Assembly: GCF_009914755.1 (NCBI RefSeq)
Contig: NC_060933.1
DNA from: the human T2T-CHM13v2.0 reference genome, Homo sapiens
DNA: 64,000 nucleotides
Strand: one strand, 5' to 3'
This document shows, piece by piece, positions 18,110-36,898 of this stretch. Numbering within the stretch: the first letter of the stretch is position 1; the number at the start of each line of letters is the position of its first letter. Below the pieces are notes generated by a model. That model ran no database searches. It saw only the letters and a program-made list of their open reading frames with translations, and was not told the origin of the DNA. The position numbers were made by a program, and so were the translations under genes.

Positions 18110-18586
18110 CAGTGGTCCCCTACATTTTTGGCACCCGGGACCAGTTTTGTGGAAGACAATTTTTCCATGGATCGAGGGGTGGGGAGGATGGTTTTGGGAT
18201 GAAGCTGTTTCACCTCAGATCATCAGGCGTTCGTTAGGTTCTCATAAGGAGCTGCAACCTAGATCTCTCGCATGAGCAGTTCACAGTAGGGTTTGCGCTC
18301 TTATGAGAATCTAGTCTCAAATTCTACAATTAGCAGTGCCCATTGTAGAGGTAATAAATCAGGGGTCCTGGGGCGGTTTTAGACATATTGACAGAAGGAC
18401 ACAAAATAAATAACCACTGACCTGGGGCCAGCTTTGGCCTCCCTGCAGAGGCCACCACTGATGTGCCAGGAGACGGAGCTCATGCTGTAATGCTTGTCAG
18501 CTGACTGCTCACCTCCTGCTGTGCGGCCCAGTTCCTAACAGGCCATGGACTGGTACAGGTCCCCCACCGGGGTGTTGGGGACCCAG
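18110..18586 (+). mobile_element. MER1B hAT element interrupted by a 135-bp insertion
   Basis: cagtggtcccctacatttttggcacc...gagaatcta | insert | gccaccactgat...gttggggaccc. Confidence 0.85.
18314..18448 (-). repeat. Inverted templated copy of 16231-16346 plus 15-nt filler
   Basis: attagcagtgcccattgtagagg...gctttggcctccctgcag is the reverse complement of the donor. Confidence 0.92.
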
Positions 18587-18817
18587 GCAGGACATAGTAA
18601 GTGCTCAGTAAAATTTCGGTTGTTAAGTAAGGTGTGGTATTGATTTCCATCTCCCAGTACCTCAGGCTGCTTATAACTGAACTCATATGTTCAAGTATAA
18701 CCTTTGTTCAAAGGCTTTATTCCAAAAATAGTCAATGGAGGAATCTGGGGAAAATTGTTCTCAGGAGATGTGGTTATCTTTATGGCCAAATCAGTCTAGA
18801 TTAGGTTGTTTCATTAG

Positions 18818-19177
<360 letters not shown>

Positions 19178-19601
19178 TGAACTGTCAATAAAGTGGGAGG
19201 GCAAGTTATAAGGAAGGAAGATACCTGCTCAGATCTCATGCTTTTAAATTAAGATAACCCATACCCAACAAAATCCAGGATTGAACTTCAAGGAATTCAA
19301 GTTATTGTCTTGGACCCTTTATTTCTTCTTGATCTTGCCTTTTTTTATTTTTCTTTTCCCCCTCAAAAAGAAAACGTCACCTGGCACTTGACTTTCTTGA
19401 CTCACCTTCTCTCCTCAGCCTCAGTATCTGTTGCTCACTCCTTTGGATTTGATGACTAATTTTGACTTTCCTGCTTCTCATTTTTGGCACTCCCTCAAAA
19501 ATGGGTTATATCTATCTGGTAACTCTTTCTACTTCTGGCTGTGCAGAAGTTTTAACCCTACTCAGTCAAGTTTTGATCCCAGGACTCTTGCCTGGCTTTG
19601 A

Positions 19602-20089
<488 letters not shown>

Positions 20090-20235
20090 CCCTCTTTCTC
20101 TTTTTATTTGTATTAAACCTCAGCCTTGTAACTGGTCTAGACTCCCCTAGCATCCCTTTGTAAGACTTAAGTGGGAGTGAGAGTCAATGATATCCATTAG
20201 CTAAAATAAGTTGGATGGCTGGGAGAAACTGCTGA

Positions 20236-20545
<310 letters not shown>

Positions 20546-20769
20546 TCTGTAGTGTCTTTATAGCACTATCAGGTGCCATTTAACCATGCTAGTTGGCCAA
20601 CTCCTCTGACTTGCCAAGGTTTGTAGAAAAGTCAGTAATACTTGTCAAATGAATGAGTGAATGGGTATCAATTCCTAAATGCATACTAGTTTGGAAGTAT
20701 TGTATTGTATCAGGCACTTTACATAATACAAAATGTAAGGCTTAGTTCTTGGCTTAAGTAGTGCATCTT

Positions 20770-21077
<308 letters not shown>

Positions 21078-21450
21078 TGCATCTTCTCATATCCATCACT
21101 CACAAAAAGACTGTTTTAAAGTATCACAGAAAGCCAGACAAGGTTCACTATTTATTTTGGAAAACAAGAAGTCATCTCTTAAAATGAAATGTTAGTAAAA
21201 TATTGGTTACGGCAGTAACAGACATGAGCTAATACATCGTGGAAGTCGAATGCTTCATTGCTATCAGTGGGTTTTCTACCTAATGTCTTTATAAACAGCA
21301 AAATGCATAAAACAAGACAAATAACATAAAGTGAGCACTGAGGGAATCAACCCCCATCTCAAGGAACACAACTTTGACATGATCCCAGAAGCCTTGAGTC
21401 TCCTGTCTGTTACAATAAGCTTTTACTTATTTTTCTTTTTAAAATTGTAC

Positions 21451-22092
<642 letters not shown>

Positions 22093-22163
22093 CAAAATTG
22101 TACTACCTTTATAAACTACCCTAAATAAAGTTTAATTTTACCCAGTTTTGAACCCAAAATAGA

Positions 22164-22440
22164 TTTTTTTTTTGAGGTGGAGTTTTGCTCTTGTTGCCCA
22201 GGCTGGAGTGCAATGGCGCGATCTTGGCTCACCGCAACCTCAAGCAATTCTGCTGCCTCAGCCTCCCGAGTAGCTGGGATTACAAGCATGCTCCACGACA
22301 CCTGACTAATTTTCTATTTTTAGTAGTGCCGGGATTTCTCCATGTTGCTCAGGCTGGTCTCGAACTCCTGACCTCAGGCGATCTGCCCGCCTCAGCCTCC
22401 CAAAATGCTGGGATTACAGGGGTGAGCCATCCTCCCAACC
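22164..22440 (-). mobile_element. AluSp-like with ~14-nt internal deletion
   Basis: TSD caaaatagattttt. Confidence 0.9.
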
Positions 22441-23260
22441 CCCAAAATAGATTTTTAAAAACAACAACTGTGTGTACGTTCAATATTGGACTTAAAAAGG
22501 AAACCATTTTTTTTTCTTTTAAGTAAGATATTTTGAAGTGTACTGATATCTATTGGAGATCAAGACATTTATGCGTTAGTCTACTTTTATGTTTGCTGAC
22601 TGCCAGTCGACCTACTCCTTAATACTTCAAAGATATCCTTTCCCAAAGCTGCCTTTGGTCTTATACTAATGCTTTCCCTGATTCAATGAAACTTTGAAGG
22701 ATATTGAGCTCACCATGATGAAATAGGTGTTGACATTCCTTGAACATCACTGTAATTATTCCTAATTTGTACTTTGCTTCAAAAAGTCTCTTCCCCTGCC
22801 CCCTAAAGTACTTTCAAAATGGTATCTACAGCTTTAATTATACCTGACAATAAACTGCTTTTACCACAAAATCTGTTTGATCATGTACCACACTAGATTA
22901 TGTAATCAGATATCATCTCCAGATATTCTATTTTTTAGAAAATCTCAATTTATATTGTGCTTTTAAAGAGCTATAACACTAGCGACAGTGTTTTTAACTG
23001 TTGCTGTAAATTTTTTGTAATTATTGCAAATCAAACTTGTGACAAATGATTGAATGCTAGCTGAATTACCTACCAAACTGAGGTGAGATAGTCCTTTGAA
23101 CTACTACTGTATGTTGTACAAGTCTATTGAGTAAAAAGTGCAATGGAAATTGGGTGATTTGATCTCCACAGAGAATCATATCAGATGGTATAGTGACTTT
23201 GGGTCCAGAATAATCCTGCTAATCACATCAGCTTCCCAATGACTCAGCTATATCAATTCC

Positions 23261-23262
<2 letters not shown>

Positions 23263-23291
<29 letters not shown>
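23263..23291. repeat. (TG)n microsatellite
   Basis: Perfect TG run. Confidence 0.95.
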
Positions 23292-23293
<2 letters not shown>

Positions 23294-23324
23294 CCCTCCG
23301 GTTTCTTGCCTTTTTAAAACACTT

Positions 23325-24208
<884 letters not shown>

Positions 24209-24242
24209 GAGGTCTGTATTCTTAAGAAGTTATCAGGACCCT

Positions 24243-24573
<331 letters not shown>

Positions 24574-25064
24574 TCAGAAGTCATTTAGTGGTTGGTTGAT
24601 TAATTAACTAATTATTAATTGGGGAAACCATGAGGAAAACTGTTTCTGATGGCTAGTCTAAGGGGATAAAGACTCTGGCAGGGAGACTAGGTATAATGAT
24701 GCAGCAATAATCCAGCTTTTGGGATATAAGGTTGGACTAGACTGGCAATGGTGGCAATGAACTGGGGAGAAAGGGATAGATGCAGCACACATTTTAAAGG
24801 GAGAATTTGGCTTCTTTCTTTTTGCTTTTTCAGTCACTCAGGCTTGAGGCTGTTCAATATTCCGGATTTATTTCTCTTTCCCTTTATGCTTTTCTTCTTC
24901 CCTCAATAGCCTTTTTCTTTCCCATTTTTTTTCTCTCTCCTTTTCTTTGCTTGCATTTAAGACACTCTCTTACTACTTTCCTATATGGGATGATGACTAA
25001 ATCAGTCAGGCAGATATCAAATGGGAGATGTGGGTAGAAATTCACTAACCATAAGATTTACTAA

Positions 25065-25396
<332 letters not shown>

Positions 25397-25689
25397 ATGT
25401 TAGTTAGTTTTAAAAACTCTGTTGTCTTCAGTTAGAAAGAAGGAAAGAAAAGAGAGAAAAGGCATGAGGAGGCAAAAGTAGAACAGAAAATATAGAGACC
25501 TTCACTCATTCATTAGTTCAAGAAATGCCGTGTTTCCAGAGAAAAAGATAGAACCAAATGTACAAAGAAAATACAACAAAATAACAAATTTTATTGTAAT
25601 TGTATGAGTTATTTTCCCTTCTAACACACTGGAATAGAGTAGAGATGCTAGGAATGGCAGACAGAAGATGAAGGTGTGATTGGTAGCCT

Positions 25690-26542
<853 letters not shown>

Positions 26543-26749
26543 TTTTGGCTTATTTTACCCTTATACAAAACATAAAGAATACATATGCTTAATCAAATGT
26601 TTGAAAGATTCATAATGCAACCCAAAATGCATGTATATTTTTTATTTTTTTTTTAATTTTAAAGATCACTTTATTACTCATTAGCCTTTGATACTAGAAT
26701 CTGAATTGACCTATTCTTAAACAGAATTCCTTGGAAGAATTTAAGCAAA

Positions 26750-27405
<656 letters not shown>

Positions 27406-27430
27406 TAAGCAAATATTTTAATCACTATAA

Positions 27431-27724
27431 TTTTTTTTTTTTGAGACAGAGTCTTGCTCTGTCACCCAGGCTGGAGTACAGTGGCGTGATCTCGGCTCAC
27501 TGCAACCTCTGCCTTCCAGATTCAAGCGATTCTCCTGCCTCAGCCTCCTGAGTAGCTGAGATTACAGGCACCCACCACCATGCCCGGCTAATTTTTGTAT
27601 TTTTAGTAGAGATGGGGTTTCACCATGTTAGCCAGGCTGGACTTGAACTCCTGACCTCAGGCAATCCGCCCGCCTCGGCCTCCCAAAGTGCTGGGATTAT
27701 AGACATGAGCCATGGAGCCCGGCC
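27431..27724 (-). mobile_element. AluSx-like
   Basis: TSD taatcactataat. Confidence 0.93.
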
Positions 27725-27896
27725 TAATCACTATAATATTTTCAGTACTAATCAGGATAAAGTGATGTAGATGTGACAAGAATAATTGATGTGTAATCAG
27801 AGGATGGGTTTAAATATTAATTTTGTCATTTATCACTGTGCGACCTGGAGCAAATTATTTAACATCTCTGATTCCTGGTTTCCAGTGCTATCGTGT

Positions 27897-28258
27897 ATCT
27901 TAATGTGCTGCATAACGATGTTCTGGTCAACAGCAGATTGCATTTACAGCGGTGGTACCGTAAGATTGCAATGGAGCTCTACACAGGCGTACCATTTTTA
28001 TATTCTATACTGTATTTTTACTGTGCTTTTTTATGTTTAGATACACAAATGCTTATCATTGTGTTATGATTACCTAAAGTATACACTGCAGTAACATGCT
28101 ACACAGGCTTGTAGACTAGAAACAATATAGCCTAGATGTGTAGTACACTATACTGTCGACGCTTGTGTACATGCACTCTGTGTTGTTCACACAATGACGA
28201 AATCACCTAATGATGCATTTCTCGGAATATATCCCTGTTGTTAAGTGACACATGACTG
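27897..28258 (-). mobile_element. Tigger3a/MER7A-type short element
   Basis: Ends gttgttaagtgacacatgactg+TA; interior antiparallel to the 12.2-kb Tigger3b ends. Confidence 0.8.
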
Positions 28259-28277
28259 TATTTGAAAGTATTTAGTA

Positions 28278-28645
<368 letters not shown>

Positions 28646-29679
28646 TCATAAGTACAACCATTTTGAAGCTTAACATGGTTTTGTATGACTTCCTAAAGCA
28701 TAATATTTTATTATTTATCAAATATCTCTCTTGATAAGCTCTTAATAAGTATTTCATGAGCTTCCATAGTGTTGCTTTTAGTCATGGATCTACCTTAGTT
28801 TTCCTGTGGGGATGAATTGTTTAATAGATTTTTGAGGAGTCATTTTGTTGCTAGAATCTTACAAAGGCACTTTTGTGGCAACCTTCTTTGATTTTCAAGG
28901 ACATGACCCTGTTTCACATCTTGAATGTGGTTCCCTACTCCAGTGCAAATGTTAATAAGTTAAGTGAATATCAAATAAGAATTTTAATTCAGTTCATCAT
29001 ATGTTTATGTATTTAAATTTAAGAGTCAAATTGATATAATTGGTAACATTACAGATTTGCTTTGATTTGAGATGCCAAGTGATGAAAAAATTTTTAATTT
29101 AGAAGTGAATTACCTTGCTTATTTGAATTTATCATTTTTGCATAATTAGGACAAACTAATTTAATTTGCAGTTATCCTTTTAAATGACTTAAATGATGTC
29201 TGCTGAGATACTCAAGGCCACATGATTTGTGGAATCATCTTGAATATTTCCCTGTTTTACAGGGTTGGAAAGTATTCAAATGCAATTCGTGAAGCTTGGA
29301 GATAGAGTCAGAAGCTTATGCCTTTCTCTATTAATATATATATTTTTCTGTTCTGTTTTGTTGCCCTTGCTTCATTGTAGGCTGTTTTATGTTTTTCCAG
29401 AGGGATAAACTTTGCATTTAGTGATGGAGTGCCCTTCTTTTTCAATTCTGTTCTTTTCTGTGTCATTTTCACTTCATGTTTAGCTCACATCTCAGTTCTG
29501 CGACAGGAAAGCTGGGTATTCATTTGATGAGTCATGGTGAGACTCTCCAAGACAATGCTCTTGATGGGGCCTGAGGATTCTTCAGCAAATGTGGCTTTTT
29601 GATGATGCATTTTAATGAGCTTTAAAAAATTTGGATACCCAACTCCTGGATAGAGTAGCTGGAATCTATAATCTTAGAA

Positions 29680-29920
29680 TAGTGTTTTTCAAACTTCAGG
29701 TCCTGGATCATAAAATAATTCTGGGAATTGTGAAAAGCACTTAAGAAACAACAAAACTAACTGAAGTAGATAATATTAGATGTATTACATGTAACAAAGG
29801 AAAGGAAAGTTTCACAAAACTTTTGTATTAGTTTTGTGTGTTTGTGTATATTAGTTTATGATAAAAATTATTTTACTTATTTTTTTGTGAGTTGCTGTCC
29901 AAAGAGTTTGAAAGCCAGAG
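29680..29920. mobile_element. Ancient hAT-Charlie-type MITE
   Basis: Ends tagtgttttttcaaact... and ...agtttgaaagcca. Confidence 0.5.
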
Positions 29921-30249
29921 TCTTGGATTTAAAGCTGTCTGAGGCAATTTGATAATACAGCAGTTTAAAATGACAATATACTTGAAATATAAAAGTGTAG
30001 ATTGCTTTTAGTCACATATTTTAAAAAGATTAGCACGTTGCCTTTGCCTGGGAAGCCTTTCCCTGGCACGACTGGGCATTTTCCAAAGGGCAGGGACACA
30101 GTCATCCCCATGTAACTGGGTCCTGTAGGAGCCCAAGTGCTATCTCCCTGGGAGGGTCTGATGAAACAGGTTATTCATGTAGTCTTGATACTGCTGCTGC
30201 CCTGCTGATGTTGTCTGTTGGCAATATGATGTCTTATCCTACCAGATGA

Positions 30250-30680
<431 letters not shown>

Positions 30681-31307
30681 TGAACTCCTTTCTTTACTAG
30701 AGAACCTCCCCTTTCTTTCCCACTGGATCTTAGGAAGATAGGAGGCAGCATGGGAGGTTATTTCTCTTTTATTCATATCATGTGAGTCTGGGCTTTTGTG
30801 TAAAGGCCTACTCATTTGAGGAAAGTTCCATTCCTGGAATTAGAAAATTAATCCTTAATCAGAGTAATGCAGTGTCGCAATTTCAATCTGCTAATGACCT
30901 TTGGAGAGACACGGCACATCTCTCCAGTTGATGGATTTCCCTTTTAGAGGATAAATGACATCCTCCCCATGCTTCTCTCAGCTGGACCAACACACTTCAG
31001 AAACAAAGAATCCTTCGGGCAGGAAGTGACCCCTTACATTTCTGACACTGGCCATTTAGGTTTCCCCAGCTTCTCCCAATTTTGCAATTTACTTTCTCTC
31101 CCATTAAAGTGGCCTTATTGTGTCACTTAACTTTTCCCACTGCTTATTGTTATTTATTTTTTTCATAGAGCAGCCCTGACTTATATTTTATTCTTCTTTT
31201 ATAATGCTTTTATTTTCACCTTATTACTGCTGAAAATCAACTAAACTTCATTATTACTCCTCCCCGCCCCTGCTCCCTAATCTCTATCAACCTTTATCTG
31301 TTATCCA

Positions 31308-31620
31308 GGTTTATTTTTTTGTTTTTATTTTTATTTTTTTTCAGAGTCTTGCTCTTGTTGCCCAGGCTGGAGTGCAATGGTGTGATCTTGGCTCACTGCA
31401 ACCTCCGCCTCCTGGGTTCAAGCGATTCTCCTGCCTCAACCTCCTGAGTAGGTGGGATTACAGGCACCTGGCACCATGCCCAGCTAATTTTTGTATTTTT
31501 AGTAGAGCTAGGGTTTCACCATATTGGCCAGGCTGATGTCGAACTGCTGACCTCAGGTGATCTGCCCACTTTGGCCTCCCAAAGTTCTAGGATTACAGGT
31601 GTGAGCCACCATGCCCGGCC
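31308..31620 (-). mobile_element. AluSq-like
   Basis: TSD tatccaggttt. Confidence 0.93.
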
Positions 31621-32241
31621 TATCCAGGTTTTTAAAATATGCACTCTAGACAGTAGTCAAAAAAGATTGACTGAATCTTTACATAAGATATATTTTTTTT
31701 TCTGCATGGGACATTTTCAAGAATAGCTATAATCCCTTTTCTTAAGAACTTTAGATGGATTAAGGAAATAAAATAAGTAAATTTGTTAACAGCATTAGAA
31801 TTTCATTCTGAAATCTTTTCTACAGGTCGAAATGTGGCAGAAAGCAGATGTCTATTTAAGGGGAAAGACCTTGTTACAAGTTGTCTTGCAGACTCTTAGA
31901 TTGTCCTTAAAAGCAGTGTTATGACTGAGGATGCGAGGCACAGTTTTGGTTACCACCGTGTTTAATTTCAATAGGGAAAGTAAAATCATGTCTCAAAGCA
32001 CCGGAATTGACTTTCCCTGAGCCTCTCCTTGGTTATACATTCTTATAATTACAGGATACAGAAGACAGAAACTTGGCATTCATTTTATCTGTCGTACTCT
32101 ACATACTAGGAAATTGAGGCTCAGGGACAGGAAGTCATTAAGATAATTCATTATTTTGTTACTTGACTAGAGTGTTTTCAGAAAGGATGCAGAAAAGTAG
32201 AAATATTTGAAAGGCATTTAGGAATCGTGACAGTCAATACT

Positions 32242-32416
32242 GACTGGGCGTGGTGGTGTGCGCCTGTAGTCCCAGCTACTTGGGAGGCTGAGGTGGGAGG
32301 ATCACCTGAGCCTGGGAAATTGAGGCTGCAGCGAGCCAATTGAGGCCAATTGCGCCACTACACTCCAGCCTGGGTGATGGGACTGAGACCATGTCTCAAA
32401 ACAACAACAACAAAAA
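32242..32416 (+). mobile_element. FRAM / Alu right monomer
   Basis: Monomer with J-like ggaggatcacctgagcc; TSD agtcaatRct. Confidence 0.85.
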
Positions 32417-32429
32417 GTCAATGCTGATG

Positions 32430-33030
32430 GACTGGTTTGGTGGTGGGATTGGGTGCTGAGGGAGGGGGAAGATTCAAGGATGCTGCTTGGAACTGTAGCT
32501 TTAGTATCCGTACAAATGGGAAGAGTTAATTTTGAAGGAGGACACAGGAGGAAAGGTATATCTGCAGAGAAAGATTGTGAGTTTAGTTTGGGAGTGTTGC
32601 ATCTTGGGTGGCTTTATGAATCCAAGACAACATATTACAATGGAACATAAACAGAAGGAAAACAACGAGAGTACTGAGTCATAAAAGTTAGTGAAGAGAG
32701 TTTTTCCAAGAGGGAGTTTTTCTCATCCATAGCCTCTGTGAGGCCAATTAAGACACAGATGGAAACATGTTACGTTTAGCTATAAGGAAGTTGTTGTTGA
32801 TCTTGGCAAGTGGTGTTTCAATGGAGCATGGGGTTAGAAGCCAAAGTAGCGAGCTGAGAAATGAGTGGGAGGAGAGGAAGTAGAAAAAGGGAATGTAAAC
32901 AACTATCAAGAAGTTTGGGACGGTTAAGGAAAGGGGGAAAGTAGGGTTATACCTACCAGAGAAGATGTAGAAAAATGGTTTTATTTGATACAAGAGCAAG
33001 TTGGGCATGTTTAAGTGCTGATGGGAAAGG
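32430..33030 (-). mobile_element. L2 fragment
   Basis: gtgagtttagtttggga...gtttcaatggagcatgggg...gagaaatgagtgggag. Confidence 0.55.
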
Positions 33031-33452
33031 GCCAATTTTTCTATGGAAGTAATTTTTCTCTTTTCTGGTTCCTGCCTTCTGTCTAAATGTCTGTGTAGTT
33101 CCTGGAAATTGTGGAGCAGATCTTTTAGGAGCATCAGAATTATCTCTTATGGATCCATTATCAACTAACTTTTGACTACCAGCTCTTGTTATCAATCCAT
33201 ATGCCTACATTCCCCATGGACTCTGTCCTGAATGCTCACATTCATGTTAGAAAAAAAGCATCTCTCAAATTTGTTAGCAGGAGTAAAGCAAGCAAAAGCA
33301 ATTTATCCACTTTTCAAATTGGCCTGGATGTGAGTTCAAACTGGGAGATTCTCATTTAAGATCAGTTTTAGAAGAAGATTTGAATAACATTATTTACCAT
33401 TAATATTAATCATGCATCTAACAACTGGCTCTATATTTACCTAGTGAGGTAA

Positions 33453-33457
<5 letters not shown>

Positions 33458-33490
<33 letters not shown>
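33458..33490. repeat. (TG)n microsatellite
   Basis: Perfect TG run. Confidence 0.95.
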
Positions 33491-33491
<1 letters not shown>

Positions 33492-33492
<1 letters not shown>

Positions 33493-33783
33493 TTTTTTTT
33501 TTGAGACGGAGTCTTGCTCTGTGGCCCAGGCTGGAGTGCAGTTGCACCATCTCGTCTCACTGCAAGCTCTGCCTCTAGGGTTCACGCCATTCTCCTGCTT
33601 CGGCCTCCTGAGTAGCTGGGACTACAGGTGCCCCCCACCACGCCTGGCTAATTTTTTTGTATTTTTAGTAGAGACGGGGTTTCACTGTGTTAGCCAGGAT
33701 GGTCTCGATCTCCTGTCCTCATGATCTGCCCGCCTTGGCCTCCCAAAGTGCTGGGATTACAGGTGTGAGCACAGTGCCTGGCC
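33492..33783 (-). mobile_element. AluY
   Basis: Y diagnostics gcaagct, cacgccattctc. Confidence 0.92.
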
Positions 33784-33837
33784 TATACATACATACATAT
33801 ATATATATATGAGTGTGTGTGTGTGTGTATATATATA

Positions 33838-33871
<34 letters not shown>
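33784..33871. repeat. Compound (TACA)/(TA)/(TG) microsatellite
   Basis: Alternating purine-pyrimidine runs. Confidence 0.9.
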
Positions 33872-33886
<15 letters not shown>

Positions 33887-34166
33887 GAGACAATCTCACT
33901 CTGTCACCCAGGTTGGAGTGCAGTGGTGCAATCTTGGCTCACTGCAACCTCCGTCTCCTAAATTCAAGCAATGCTCGTGACTCAGACTCCCAAGTAGCTG
34001 AGATTACAGGTGCGTGCCACCACAGCCGGCTAATTTTTGTATTTTTAGTATAGATGGGATTTCGCCAGGTTGGCTAGGCTGGTCTCAAACTCCTGATCTC
34101 ATGTGATCCACCTGCCTCGGCCTCCCAAAGTGCTAGGGTTACAGGCATGAGCCACTGCGTCCTGCC
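33872..34166 (-). mobile_element. AluS/J
   Basis: Dimer; outer TSD gtaaatatat. Confidence 0.9.
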
Positions 34167-34428
34167 ATGTAAATATATTTATTTATTCATTACCTACTAT
34201 ATAGCAGATACCTAGCATGAAATACCTAAGGATGATCTGAAAATCTTGATTTTTAAGTTATTTTATATTTTGAATGTAAATTTCTGCAGTTTATGGTGAT
34301 TTTCTACATTTTTGGTACAATATTCTCCGCTATGTCAAAAACAGTGTTCTTTAAGTTATAGCTGAAACTTTTTTTTTTGGACACCTGGCATCCAAATTTG
34401 CTCTCTATTTTTAAAATAGGCCCTGCTA

Positions 34429-34738
<310 letters not shown>

Positions 34739-34849
34739 AGGCCCTGGAATGTAATTTTTCTTAGAAACAAGGGCCCTACTTCCTTCTGTGTAAATTGACC
34801 TGGATTAGCCGATGGGTTCTCTCACCAAGGGTGTGACACCCTGAGGGAG

Positions 34850-35098
34850 TGACGCACAGTTCCGGGGATGGCTGACAACCACCCTGGTTGTCGCATGGCA
34901 TCAACCTAACCAGACTGCTCCTGGGCTGGCCTCGGCTGTGTCCTCAACTGCCCAGCCTCGCTTGGTTCCTGCCACTGTATGGAGCCTGCTTCCTGTTGGT
35001 TCACTGCGCTCTCTAAGACCCTTCCAATAACTTTCTCTTCTGCTTAGATTACCCGGAGGAAGTTTTTGTTGTTTGGCATCGAGAATTCTGACAGATTC
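34850..35098 (+). mobile_element. ERVL-type LTR 3' part (LTR16/33-like)
   Basis: ccaataactttctcttctgcttag...tttttgttgtttggcatcgagaattctgacagattca. Confidence 0.5.
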
Positions 35099-35239
35099 AG
35101 AGGGTCACTGTGGAATAATAAAACAACCAACAAAAACATTTGTTTTTCACTAACATTTGTGGACTGCAGGTATGCTGAATGCTTGAAATAAATGATGTTA
35201 CTAAATCTTCAGAACAGCAAGGTGAGGCAGGCACATGGT

Positions 35240-35281
35240 TCTGTTCCTTCAAGAAGCACCTCTGTTCCTTCAAGAAGCACC
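35240..35281. repeat. Perfect 21-bp tandem duplication
   Basis: tctgttccttcaagaagcacc x2. Confidence 0.95.
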
Positions 35282-35374
35282 ACTTCTTATGTGAAGGCTT
35301 TCCTGACCTCTTCTTCCTCTTGCGAGTATACCTGATTCTTCTGTGTTTATTCTTTGTCCTATAAAGAGGAGAGA

Positions 35375-35838
<464 letters not shown>

Positions 35839-35864
35839 TTGTAGATATAGGCTTTATTTCCTTA

Positions 35865-36125
35865 CCACTTATTAAGCTCTTCGCATGTGTCAGATACTGT
35901 GCTTAGTACTTTGCTCACACTGTCTTATGCCATTCCCACTGGAAGTCTATGAATTAGATTTATTATCTATTTTACAGAAGAAGAAATGAGAACAGGAAAG
36001 ATTAAATAACTTCTTTCAAGATGTGTCTATGAGTTGCAGCGTTGAGATTTGAACATGCTTTGCTTTGTTTTGGTTTGGTTTGGTTTTCATTCCAGTGCCT
36101 CTGTTCTTAACACTCTACACACTGC
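35865..36125 (-). mobile_element. MIR
   Basis: ttttacagaagaagaaatgag...gagatttgaac. Confidence 0.6.
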
Positions 36126-36649
36126 CTGCATCTGTCATTGTACTTCCATGGGTAATGCTTCCCTCTTGCACTGGACTGAGGCAGAGTCTGCATTTTACTT
36201 GTCTTTTTCACTCTCTCTCAGTTGCCTAGGAGGGAAGGCAAATCTGTTACTTACAGCCCCTTCACTCATTCCTCTGTCCACGGCAGACATCACTAGTCAA
36301 TGATTACTTCACTTTGTCCCAGTAATCCATCTTGAGAATTCATCTCCCACTGTTCTACAAGAAGTTACTCCCGATTGGTTACAGATCAATCCAGTTCCTG
36401 GCCTAGAACAATGCCTCTCACACAAATGTGCTTAGTAAACTGGTAGTGTGTTGCAATTTTCCTCATTTTACAGATGAAGAAATAATGATTAGAGAATTAA
36501 ATAGTGAACCATTTACCTGAAGATATTAGGGCCCACCTCATTGGGTTTTGTGAGGATTAATTGAATTTGAGCACAAAAAACCCTTCAACTGGTGTCTTGG
36601 TACAAGTGAGTTAGCTATTATTACTACTTCTCAAAACACACAGGTTGTC

Positions 36650-36898
36650 TCCAGAAGAGGTAAATCCATTGAGACAGCAAGGTTGTCGCTGGGTGCCAGA
36701 GGCTTGGTGGGGAGTGGGAGGGAGAATGGGAGTAATAGCTTACTAGGTGTGGGGTTTTTTTGTTTGGCGATAAAAGCATTTTGGAACCAGATGGATGGTT
36801 GTGCAGCATTGTGACTATGCCAGTTGCAGTATAAAATGAATTCTGTGCTTCAAAATGGTTAATTTTGTGTTATGTGAATTCCACTGCAATTTAAAAAA
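36650..36898 (+). mobile_element. L1M (L1MB-like) 3' end
   Basis: aaaatggttaattttgtgttatgtgaattc + A tail; TSD acacaRgttgt. Confidence 0.75.
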
